Shown here piece by piece: positions 17,601 through 24,294 of a stretch of 32,000 bases of DNA. Location: the NCBI GenBank assembly GCA_039809905.1, contig JBDHVY010000001.1, positions 300,001 through 332,000 on the forward strand, in the 5' to 3' direction. The notes beneath the pieces are model-generated. The model saw only the letters and a program-made list of their open reading frames with translations. It was not told where the DNA came from and ran no database searches. Origin of the DNA: Candidatus Babelota bacterium. GTDB lineage: Bacteria > Babelota > Babeliae > Babelales > Vermiphilaceae. The position numbers and the translations under genes are program-made. Every line of letters begins with the position of its first letter. Position 1 is the first letter of the stretch.

Positions 17601-18990
17601 ATAATAAATTATTTAAGCGCTCTCCAACTTCTTTAAGAGAAGAAGTATCTCCAGGCCAGATTTTTGCATGCAAATCTTTTAATGCAGCTTCTTGCGATTG
17701 AGTCTTGTCTTGACCAAGAGTTAACGCAATAGTTGGTTGCAATGCATAGCCATTTGATCTAATAATCTCAAATTGAAGAGAGTCGATTTTTTTCAAAATT
17801 TTAAGATGATTTTCAGATAGCTGCTCACCTTGTTCTATAAGAACTTCACCAGTTTCAGTATCAACAACGTCTTTTGCAAAAACGCGTCCTACCAAACTTT
17901 CTGGCTTAAGCATAAGCGCTTTAATACCAGCTTTTTTGAATTTTGGTAATAAGTCTTTTGTTACCCTACGGCCCACAAAAGCCTCTTCTTCTTCAGCTGG
18001 TACCATTCCCTTTTCAATACGCTGGCCAATAAGATTTTCATCTACAGCACGGAAATATTGATCATCTTTTAGGGAAATAGTATCAAATTCATAAAAGAGA
18101 GGAATAATCTCATCACGCGAAAAACCTAATGCCTGCAAGAACGTTGTTACGTATAGCTTTTTCTTTTTATCAATACGCACATACAAAATATCATTGCTAT
18201 CGGATTCAAAATCAATCCAAGATCCACGCATTGGGATAAGACGCGCAAGATAATATGGTCTTCCACGAAAATCTTTTACCTTTTTACTTTGTGAGAAAAC
18301 CACACCAGGAGATCTATGCAACTGACTAACAACAACACGATCTACGCCATTGATTAAGAAAGATCCCAAGTTGCCAAGCTTAAATCTTCCTTGCTCCTCA
18401 TAAAGGTCTGCCATAACTGGTAGATCCGCAAAGAAAATGTCTTGCTCTTTAATATCGCGAACTATCTTGTTGCCTTCAGCGCTTGTTGTCCAGCTAATGA
18501 GCTGCACTTTAACTTTGAGAGACATAGAAAATGTTTGACCGCTTGTACGACATTCATCTAAGGTAAGCGGCGTGTGAACCGTTGTACGCACTAAACAATT
18601 AGAGCATGTAATATAACGTGCCGTTTTTGCTTTACAGAACGTACAAGATTGATCTTTGGAAAGACGTGAACAATCCGATTTATTACAAGATGTACAACGC
18701 CACTGATAACGGCTTTCGATACCAGTTAATTTTCCACATGTACAAGACCAACGTCCAAGCTCATAACTAACATACTCCAAAGAGAGTTTATCTTCATACT
18801 CAATCGGGAAAATGTCCCGCAATACTTTCTCAAGCCCAATAAGCTTTCGTTCTTGCGGTAAATAGTCAAGCTGAACAAAATCATTAAATGATGTTGATTG
18901 TATTTCGATTAAATTTGGTACAGGAACTACGTCCTTTATCTTACCATATTGCTTACGAAGAGTACTCTTGCTTATAAGTACATTAGACAT
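14665..18990 (-). CDS. rpoB: DNA-directed RNA polymerase subunit beta (with lineage-specific Cys-rich N-terminal insertion)
   Basis: Conserved beta blocks are present ([83 protein letters not shown]). Start set to the ATG at 18990, which has AAGGAG 8 nt upstream. The track's GTG at 18999 overlaps that SD. Confidence 0.98.
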   Translation of the reverse strand: [1441 protein letters not shown]

Positions 18991-19028
18991 TAAGACCACT
19001 CCTTACTAACGCCAAACATGTGGCCAAT

Positions 19029-19058
19029 CCAGCCTTCGCACATAGCTCCAGCGGACAA
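19029..19058. repeat. third copy of the 30-nt GC-rich repeat family (rplL-rpoB intergenic region)
   Basis: CCAGCCTTCGCACATAGCTCCAGCGGACAA matches the 10292-10321 arm at 23/30 positions in the same orientation (by-eye alignment, no gaps). Confidence 0.5.
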
Positions 19059-19205
19059 ATCAAATTCCATCCCCCACTACACCAGAAAAAAGCCTCAACC
19101 CGTCAACGCTAAAACCTCTTTCAGTTTTTTTAAATCAGTCTTTTTTTTGTTAAAAAAAGCTTGAAAAACAGTTCAGAGGACGCATTTACGGGCAGATGAC
19201 AAGAG

Positions 19206-19236
19206 AAAAAAACTTGCATAACAAACGTTATGCAAG
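19206..19236 (-). terminator. Rho-independent terminator/attenuator immediately after (and overlapping) the rplL stop codon
   Basis: Minus strand reads CTTGCATAAC-GTTT-GTTATGCAAG followed by TTTTTTT: a perfect 10-bp stem, 4-nt loop and U7 tract. The rplL TAA lies inside the 5' arm. Confidence 0.7.
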
Positions 19237-19611
19237 CTCTACTTTCGCGCCAACTTCTTCAAGTTTCTTTTTCATCTTTTCTGCATCAGCTTTTGCTACA
19301 GATTCAGCAACAACCGCTGGAGTTTCTTCTGTTAATTTCTTAGCATCAGAAAGTGCAAGATTAGGAATAACTTCACGCAATACTTTAATTACTTTAATTT
19401 TTTCAGCGCCTGCGTCTTTAAGCGTTACTTTATATTCGCTTTTTTCTGCTGCTACTGGAGCTGCATCTGCTGCTGGAGCTGCTGCCGCTGCTACAGGCAT
19501 AGCTGCTGAAATACCAAATTCTGATTCAAGAGCTTTAACAAGATCAGCAAGCTCAAGAACAGTCATTTTGCCAATTTCATCAATAAATTTTTCGTAAGAT
19601 TTTGCTGTCAT
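19228..19611 (-). CDS. rplL: 50S ribosomal protein L7/L12
   Basis: 127 aa with the Ala-rich hinge (AAAAPAADAAPVAAEK) and C-terminal domain KIKVIKVLREV...LALSDAKKLTEE...AEKMKKKLEEVGAKVELA. Confidence 0.97.
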   Translation of the reverse strand: MTAKSYEKFIDEIGKMTVLELADLVKALESEFGISAAMPVAAAAAPAADAAPVAAEKSEYKVTLKDAGAEKIKVIKVLREVIPNLALSDAKKLTEETPAVVAESVAKADAEKMKKKLEEVGAKVELA

Positions 19612-19682
19612 TGCAATCCCTAAACATTAAAAATAATCATTAAATAAATACTATCAATCATCATATATGGTGAGTTTAATCA

Positions 19683-20216
19683 CTACGCTTGTTGTTGTTT
19701 TTGTTTTTCAATTTCTTTTAAAGCTAAAAGAAGCTTAACAAGCATAGAATTAAGACCACCCACAAACCTAGTTAATGGAGCGTTAAGCGTACCACAAAGC
19801 ATAGCAAGTAGTACTTCTTTTGAAGGAAGAGATGCAATACGAGAGATTGCCATCTTATCCAAAAGCTGCGCATCCACACAACCAACAACAAGACCAAGCG
19901 CTTCGTTCTTTTTTGCAAAGTCACTTAATGTTTTTGCCACGCCTGAAATTTCAGCTGCATCATAAGCAAAAACAACACCTAACTGATTTTTGCAATGAGA
20001 AAGAAGCCCATCGGAACCCTCAACATCTGCAAGCGCTCGTTTAACAAGACGCATTTTTGCAATTTTGAGCGCGCCGCCTTTTTCTCTCAACTGCCTTCTT
20101 AATTGTTGCATTTGAACAACACTTAAGCCAGCAAAGTTAACAAAAAAGGTGCCCTTATTTGCTAAAAAATCTTTATGAAACAATTCAACAACTGATTCTT
20201 TTTGTTGCCGATTCAT
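19683..20216 (-). CDS. rplJ: 50S ribosomal protein L10
   Basis: 177 aa with FVNFAGLSVVQMQQLRRQLREKGGALKIAKMRLVKRAL. Sits between rplA and rplL. Confidence 0.95.
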   Translation of the reverse strand: MNRQQKESVVELFHKDFLANKGTFFVNFAGLSVVQMQQLRRQLREKGGALKIAKMRLVKRALADVEGSDGLLSHCKNQLGVVFAYDAAEISGVAKTLSDFAKKNEALGLVVGCVDAQLLDKMAISRIASLPSKEVLLAMLCGTLNAPLTRFVGGLNSMLVKLLLALKEIEKQKQQQA

Positions 20217-20230
20217 CGCAACCTCTTTAC

Positions 20231-20929
20231 CTATAAGGAACGCACAAATTCATCAGAATTAACAGAGATACCAACGCCCATTGTCGAAGACAAGGACATT
20301 TTTTTAAGATACTTGCCTTTAGCTGTTGCAGGCTTTGACGCCACAACCGCTTTAACCAAAGCATCTAAATTATCATGAAGTTTTTGAACGTCAAATGAAA
20401 CTTTACCTATTGAAAAATGAACTATACCTTGCTTATCATTTCTGAAGAAAGCGCGGCCTCTTTTCAAATCAGCAACAATTGATTCTACGTCAAAAGTAAC
20501 TGTACCTACTTTTTTGTTCGGTAACAATCCACGAGGACCTAGAACTCGTGCAAGCACACCAACTGCCCCCATAACATCCGGTGTCGCCACTGCGTAATCA
20601 AAATCAAGCCAGCCACCTTGTACTTTTTCAATAAGGTCTTCCATGCCCACAAAATCAGCACCAGCTTTTTTTGCTGCATCAGCATATTCACCTTTTGCAA
20701 ATACAATAATAACTTTTTCTTTCCCTTTACTGTGAGGCAAAACTACAGAACCTCTTACGGTCTGCTCGCCTTTAGCTGCATCGATGCCCAAATTGATAGC
20801 AACATCAACTGATTCATCGAATTTAACAAAGGAAAGGTCTTTAATTTGCTGCAATGCTGCATCTACACCAAGATCGCCTTTGGATCTTTTTGATATCGCT
20901 GCTTGATATTTTTTTCCATGCTTAGCCAT
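20231..20929 (-). CDS. rplA: 50S ribosomal protein L1
   Basis: 232 aa with FDESVDVAINLGIDAAKGEQTVRGSVVLPHSKGK...LGPRGLLPNKKVGTVT. Confidence 0.97.
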   Translation of the reverse strand: MAKHGKKYQAAISKRSKGDLGVDAALQQIKDLSFVKFDESVDVAINLGIDAAKGEQTVRGSVVLPHSKGKEKVIIVFAKGEYADAAKKAGADFVGMEDLIEKVQGGWLDFDYAVATPDVMGAVGVLARVLGPRGLLPNKKVGTVTFDVESIVADLKRGRAFFRNDKQGIVHFSIGKVSFDVQKLHDNLDALVKAVVASKPATAKGKYLKKMSLSSTMGVGISVNSDEFVRSL

Positions 20930-20943
20930 TATATTCCCCCCAC

Positions 20944-21369
20944 TCAGTCAACAACGTCGATTCCAATACTTCGCGCACTGCCAGCAATAATTTTTTTAGC
21001 CTGCTCTATGTCTATTGCAGTCAAGTCAGCCATTTTAAGTGCTGCAATTTCTTCAATATCTTTCCACGAAATTTTTCCAACTTTTTGTTCGTGGGGACGA
21101 GCAGATCCTTTTGTTAGATTTGCTCTTTTTTTAATATAATAAGTAGCAGGAGCGGTTTTTACTTTAAACTCAAACGTACGATCTGTGTATACAGTAATTT
21201 CTACCGGTACAGGCTCGCCTTTACGATTGGCTGTTTGAGCATTAAACGCTTTGCAGAACTCCATAATATTAACTTGGTGCTGACCAAGAGAAGAACCTAC
21301 AGGAGGAGCCGGAGTTGCGCTGCCGCCTTGAATCTGAAGTTTAATTCTTGCTTTAACTATTTTCGCCAT
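20944..21369 (-). CDS. rplK: 50S ribosomal protein L11
   Basis: [46 protein letters not shown] at 21369 is preferred over the track's TTG at 21378, which lies only 3 nt from the GAGG SD. Confidence 0.97.
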   Translation of the reverse strand: MAKIVKARIKLQIQGGSATPAPPVGSSLGQHQVNIMEFCKAFNAQTANRKGEPVPVEITVYTDRTFEFKVKTAPATYYIKKRANLTKGSARPHEQKVGKISWKDIEEIAALKMADLTAIDIEQAKKIIAGSARSIGIDVVD

Positions 21370-21390
21370 GATAGACAATTACCTCACTCA

Positions 21391-21909
21391 TTATCGCTTA
21401 ATTTGATGAAAGCCAAGTTCAACCGGGGTCATTCTGCCAAAAATACTAACCATAACCGTTAATTTTTCGCTATTATAATCTACGCTATCAATAATACCGA
21501 CAAATCCAGCAAATGGCCCCTCAACTATATCTACTTCACTACCGAGAGAGAATTCTTCTCGTGTAGTTTCAACCGCTACTTCTCCTTTAACTTGAGAAAT
21601 AATACGATCGATTTCTTTTTGTGATATTGGCTCAGGATTTTTGCCCCCCAAAAATCTCAAAACTCGAATACTTGCCGTTACAACACGAAGTGACTCAGGA
21701 GTCATTTCCATTTCGGCTAAAATGTAACCAGGAAAAAGCTGTTGGTCAGCGCTTTCGTCTATTGCAAATAGTGGCTTAGACTTAGCTGATGGGACGAGAA
21801 TTTCACCAAAAAAATCCTGCATTCCCTCTGCCTGAATTCGCTTTTCAATGTCAACCTTAGCTGCTTGCTCATAACCTGCATATACTTGTACCACATACCA
21901 GCGCTTCAT
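21391..21909 (-). CDS. nusG: transcription termination/antitermination factor NusG
   Basis: 172 aa with the NGN start MKRWYVVQVYAGYE and the KOW motif GSEVDIVEGPFAGFVGIIDSVD...KLTVMVSIFGRMTPVEL. Confidence 0.95.
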   Translation of the reverse strand: MKRWYVVQVYAGYEQAAKVDIEKRIQAEGMQDFFGEILVPSAKSKPLFAIDESADQQLFPGYILAEMEMTPESLRVVTASIRVLRFLGGKNPEPISQKEIDRIISQVKGEVAVETTREEFSLGSEVDIVEGPFAGFVGIIDSVDYNSEKLTVMVSIFGRMTPVELGFHQIKR

Positions 21910-21930
21910 ATGATCTTTGTCCTGTCAAAA

Positions 21931-22131
21931 CTAGTAACCACTATACATTCTAACTATAAAACGCCAGAGCTCGGTAAGCCCTTTATCAACTAACCCTAAG
22001 TAAATTGAAAAAAAAGACATGAGCAACAGAACCACAATCATTGATCCTGCAAACTCATTAAATTTAGGCCAAGTAACTTTTGAAAGTTCAAGCTGCACAT
22101 CTTTAACAAACTGTGTTACATTTTTTATCAT
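21931..22131 (-). CDS. secE: preprotein translocase subunit SecE
   Basis: 66 aa from the ATG at 22131 (MIKNVTQFVKDVQLELSKVTWPKFNEFAGSMIVVLLLMSFFSIYLGLVD), with a single TM. The track's longer form (to 22179) would overlap tRNA-Trp. Confidence 0.85.
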   Translation of the reverse strand: MIKNVTQFVKDVQLELSKVTWPKFNEFAGSMIVVLLLMSFFSIYLGLVDKGLTELWRFIVRMYSGY

Positions 22132-22149
22132 CTTTTTTCTTCTTTCTAA

Positions 22150-22226
22150 TGGCAGGCCAGGAGGGACTCGAACCCCCAACCGGCAGATTTGGAGTCTGCT
22201 GCTCTACCAAATTGAGCTACTGACCT
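22150..22226 (-). tRNA. tRNA-Trp (anticodon CCA)
   Basis: 77-nt cloverleaf: AGGTCAG-TA-GCTC-AATTTGGTA-GAGC-A-GCAGA-CTCCAAA-TCTGC-CGGTT-GGGGG-TTCGAGT-CCCTC-CTGGCCT-GCCA. Confidence 0.9.
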
Positions 22227-22236
22227 ACAAAGAGGC

Positions 22237-22395
22237 CTATTTTGTTTCTTTATGATCATTGTGCTTGCGGCAACGCGCGCAAAATTTACTCAGCTTTAAA
22301 GAACCAATAGTTCTTTTTTTTGAAACAACCTGAGTATAGTTACGCTCTTTGCATACTTCGCAAACCAAATGAGTAGTTTTTCTATTTTTTGCCAT
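22237..22395 (-). CDS. rpmG: 50S ribosomal protein L33 (Cys4 zinc-type)
   Basis: Not in the ORF track (52 aa). Hand translation gives MAKNRKTTHLVCEVCKERNYTQVVSKKRTIGSLKLSKFCARCRKHNDHKETK*, the canonical L33 pattern with CxxC...CxxC and a C-terminal HKETK. Confidence 0.9.
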   Translation of the reverse strand: MAKNRKTTHLVCEVCKERNYTQVVSKKRTIGSLKLSKFCARCRKHNDHKETK

Positions 22396-22440
22396 AATTA
22401 TAAAGACACTTAAAGAGGACCCTTAAACCAATGATCTATC

Positions 22441-22515
22441 TGGAGCCCGCGACCGGGATTGAACCGGTGGCCTCTTCCTTACCAAGGAAGTGCTCTGCCT
22501 CTGAGCTACGTGGGC
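22441..22515 (-). tRNA. tRNA-Thr (anticodon GGT)
   Basis: 75 nt: GCCCACG-TA-GCTC-AGAGGCA-GAGC-A-CTTCC-TTGGTAA-GGAAG-AGGCC-ACCGG-TTCAATC-CCGGT-CGCGGGC-TCCA. There is one A-C mismatch in the acceptor stem. Confidence 0.88.
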
Positions 22516-22722
22516 ATGAACCGTAATCCTTACGGTTTATTATAGATTAATTAAAAAAACAGAAAAAGACAAACTTTTTGAACACCTATTGTGTATTAGA
22601 AATCAGAAAGACGCTGTAAATTATTATTGTCCGCCCTACTATGCTCTTTGAGCCCGCAAGGGAATATCTTTATCCCTTGAACTTTGCATTCTAAAAACGA
22701 AATGTAAGCTAGGATAAAAACA

Positions 22723-22798
22723 TGGAGCCGGCGATAGGATTCGAACCAATGACCTGCTGATTACAAATCAGCTGCTCTACCAACTGAGCTACGCCGGC
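22723..22798 (-). tRNA. tRNA-Thr (anticodon TGT)
   Basis: 76 nt: GCCGGCG-TA-GCTC-AGTTGGTA-GAGC-A-GCTGA-TTTGTAA-TCAGC-AGGTC-ATTGG-TTCGAAT-CCTAT-CGCCGGC-TCCA. Confidence 0.9.
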
Positions 22799-22809
22799 TT
22801 AAACTTTTC

Positions 22810-22885
22810 TGGAGCGGGAAACGAGGGTCGAACTCGCAACCTACAGCTTGGAAGGCTGTCGCTCTGCCAATTGAGCTATTCCCGC
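22810..22885 (-). tRNA. tRNA-Gly (anticodon TCC)
   Basis: 76 nt: GCGGGAA-TA-GCTC-AATTGGCA-GAGC-G-ACAGC-CTTCCAA-GCTGT-AGGTT-GCGAG-TTCGACC-CTCGT-TTCCCGC-TCCA. Confidence 0.9.
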
Positions 22886-23005
22886 ATTATTTTTGGCCCA
22901 ATTTCTGCTTATGCTACAATCAGGCACCCTAAAAACAATGGTTATATCAATCGTTTAGACCATCTTCTGAAAAATGGCCTGCCATACAAAGCTTTACGCG
23001 TAGTA

Positions 23006-23090
23006 TGGTGGCGAGGGCTGGATTCGAACCAGCGAAGGCATAGCCGATGGATTTACAGTCCACCCCCTTTGGCCGCTCGGGAACCTCGCC
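23006..23090 (-). tRNA. tRNA-Tyr (anticodon GTA), long variable arm
   Basis: 85 nt: GGCGAGGTTCCCGAGCGGCCAAAGGGGGTGGACTGTAAATCCATCGGCTATGCCTTCGCTGGTTCGAATCCAGCCCTCGCCACCA. Closely parallels the E. coli tRNA-Tyr architecture. Confidence 0.9.
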
Positions 23091-23133
23091 GTACCCAAGC
23101 ATATTCCACAAGCTTGTTCAACTATGATATTGC

Positions 23134-23162
23134 TTTTTTTAATGGATTTCAACTTAATTTTA
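23134..23162 (-). promoter_or_regulatory. candidate sigma70-type promoter for the tRNA-Tyr/Gly/Thr cluster
   Basis: Minus strand reads TTGAAA (23162-23157), a 17-nt spacer, then TATCAT (23139-23134), about 40 nt upstream of the tRNA-Tyr 5' end. Confidence 0.35.
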
Positions 23163-23259
23163 ACAAAAAATCGATTTTTTTATAAAATTCTTTAATTTTT
23201 GATCTTTTTTCTGCTAATAAGGGTCATTTTTTTTAATAATTAAAACAACAATAGTCTTT

Positions 23260-23288
23260 TTGAATAAAGATAAAAACGCCACTATAGT
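23260..23288 (+). promoter_or_regulatory. candidate sigma70-type promoter for the 23342 gene
   Basis: TTGAAT (23260-23265), a 17-nt spacer, then TATAGT (23283-23288). Confidence 0.35.
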
Positions 23289-23341
23289 TAAACTTATATA
23301 TTAGGTTATTTCTTTATCAATAATTTATAGGAAAATACATA

Positions 23342-23764
23342 ATGGCTATCTCCAATAAATCATTAATTGCTGCAACATGCTTTTTAATATCATCATTGTC
23401 TTATGCAGAAGAAGTTACTCCATTGCAGTATGCTAAAGCACAATTCTTATCTAATCTTCCATTAGAACAAACATATGAACAAACATATGAGCAAATATAT
23501 GTTGCAAAACAGCTTACCCTATTCCAATGCCTTGGTGCCGTAGCTATTGGCAGAGCATTACTATTGAATAAAGTAGGTAAAAAGCTCATACAAAACGGGT
23601 GTACTTATATTAATCTCAAAAATGCTCCCTCTTATATTAAAACTCCACAAGCTATGAAGAAAAATTTGATTCTTTCTATTCCTGTTGGCGTAATTGCACT
23701 CGCGTCTCCCGTGATATTCGAAAAAGTAGAAGAATTGGCAAAAAATACAAAGAATCAAAAGTAA
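23342..23764 (+). CDS. hypothetical exported/membrane protein
   Basis: 140 aa with a signal-peptide-like N-terminus (SLIAATCFLISSLSYAEE), an internal EQTY repeat and two further hydrophobic segments. Has its own promoter candidate and a downstream terminator. Confidence 0.55.
   Translation: MAISNKSLIAATCFLISSLSYAEEVTPLQYAKAQFLSNLPLEQTYEQTYEQIYVAKQLTLFQCLGAVAIGRALLLNKVGKKLIQNGCTYINLKNAPSYIKTPQAMKKNLILSIPVGVIALASPVIFEKVEELAKNTKNQK
23465..23500 (+). repeat. in-frame 12-nt tandem repeat x3 (GAACAAACATAT GAACAAACATAT GAGCAAATATAT; EQTY-EQTY-EQIY)
   Basis: Read directly from the sequence. Units 1 and 2 are identical; unit 3 differs at 2 positions. Confidence 0.9.
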
Positions 23765-23800
23765 ATTAAAATAAAGAACAATAAGAATATTCTTTAAAAG

Positions 23801-23841
23801 AAAGAAAAAGGCTTCATGCAAAACATGAGCCTTTTTCTTTC
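23801..23841. terminator. bidirectional Rho-independent terminator between convergent genes
   Basis: GGCTTCATG (23810-23818), loop CAAAA, then CATGAGCC (23824-23831), with one bulged T. The hairpin is flanked by an A-rich run upstream and TTTTT downstream. It lies between the 23342..23764 (+) gene and tsaE (-). Confidence 0.6.
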
Positions 23842-23862
23842 TTTATTCACAAAAATTAGGAT

Positions 23863-24288
23863 TTAAAATTCTATCCGCATAACCCGCTTATCGGGATCTT
23901 CATGATAATCAAAAAAAATAGTACAAACATCATGGGTTAACAATGATCCAACTACTTCGGGCCATTCAACAAATACCCAACTATCAGGTTGGTACAAATA
24001 TTCATCAAACCCTTGTGCCTGAAACTCTTGCACACTGCTAATCCGATAAAGATCAAAATGATAAAAACGTTCATGCTTATGATTCTCATATGCATTAACA
24101 TACGTGAATGTTGGACTTGTGATAGTACCAACAACACCACAACTACGCAGCAATGCCTTAATCGTTGTTGTTTTACCAGCGCCTAAAGGACCACTACAAG
24201 CAAAAACCTGATATGAACTCATTAACCCTTTTAACTCTTGAATCACCATATCCTGCTCTTGCAGAGAATATATTATTTCTTTAATCAT
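23863..24288 (-). CDS. tsaE: tRNA threonylcarbamoyladenosine (t6A) biosynthesis ATPase TsaE
   Basis: 141 aa with the P-loop GPLGAGKTT, then SPTFTYVN, HFDLYR and VEWPE, the standard TsaE/YjeE motif series. Confidence 0.9.
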   Translation of the reverse strand: MIKEIIYSLQEQDMVIQELKGLMSSYQVFACSGPLGAGKTTTIKALLRSCGVVGTITSPTFTYVNAYENHKHERFYHFDLYRISSVQEFQAQGFDEYLYQPDSWVFVEWPEVVGSLLTHDVCTIFFDYHEDPDKRVMRIEF

Positions 24289-24294
24289 AATAAT

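Noticed and set aside
18991-18999. GTG start for rpoB
   Set aside because: The GTG overlaps the AAGGAG Shine-Dalgarno. The ATG at 18990 is 8 nt downstream of it.
19196-19597. 133-aa Ala/Ser-rich plus-strand ORF
   Set aside because: Antisense shadow of rplL. The Ala-rich hinge gives an open antisense frame.
20217-21390. Looked for the L10 (rplJ) and L1 (rplK) autoregulatory leader structures
   Set aside because: The intergenic gaps are only 14-21 nt, which is too short to hold the known leader RNAs. Any regulation must work differently.
22132-22179. Longer secE form (82 aa) from the track
   Set aside because: The extra N-terminus (MGVRVPPGLPLERRKK) is the antisense reading of tRNA-Trp. The ATG at 22131 gives a canonical-length SecE.
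22519-22537. 8-bp hairpin AACCGTAA-TCC-TTACGGTT that looks like a plus-strand terminator
   Set aside because: No plus-strand gene lies upstream. On the transcribed minus strand it sits 3 nt before the tRNA-Thr 5' end without a U-tract, so it is at most a processing structure.
22629-22679. GC-rich segment plus a 7-bp hairpin (CAAGGGA...TCCCTTG) in the 207-bp tRNA spacer
   Set aside because: Similarity to the repeat family is patchy (CATAG..GCGGAC). The hairpin has no U-tract on the transcribed strand. It cannot be assigned a function from sequence alone.
22871-23185. 104-aa plus-strand ORF; also 22019..22255
   Set aside because: They run antisense across the tRNA-Gly/tRNA-Tyr and secE/tRNA-Trp genes. 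No SD, and the composition is driven by the tRNA sequences.
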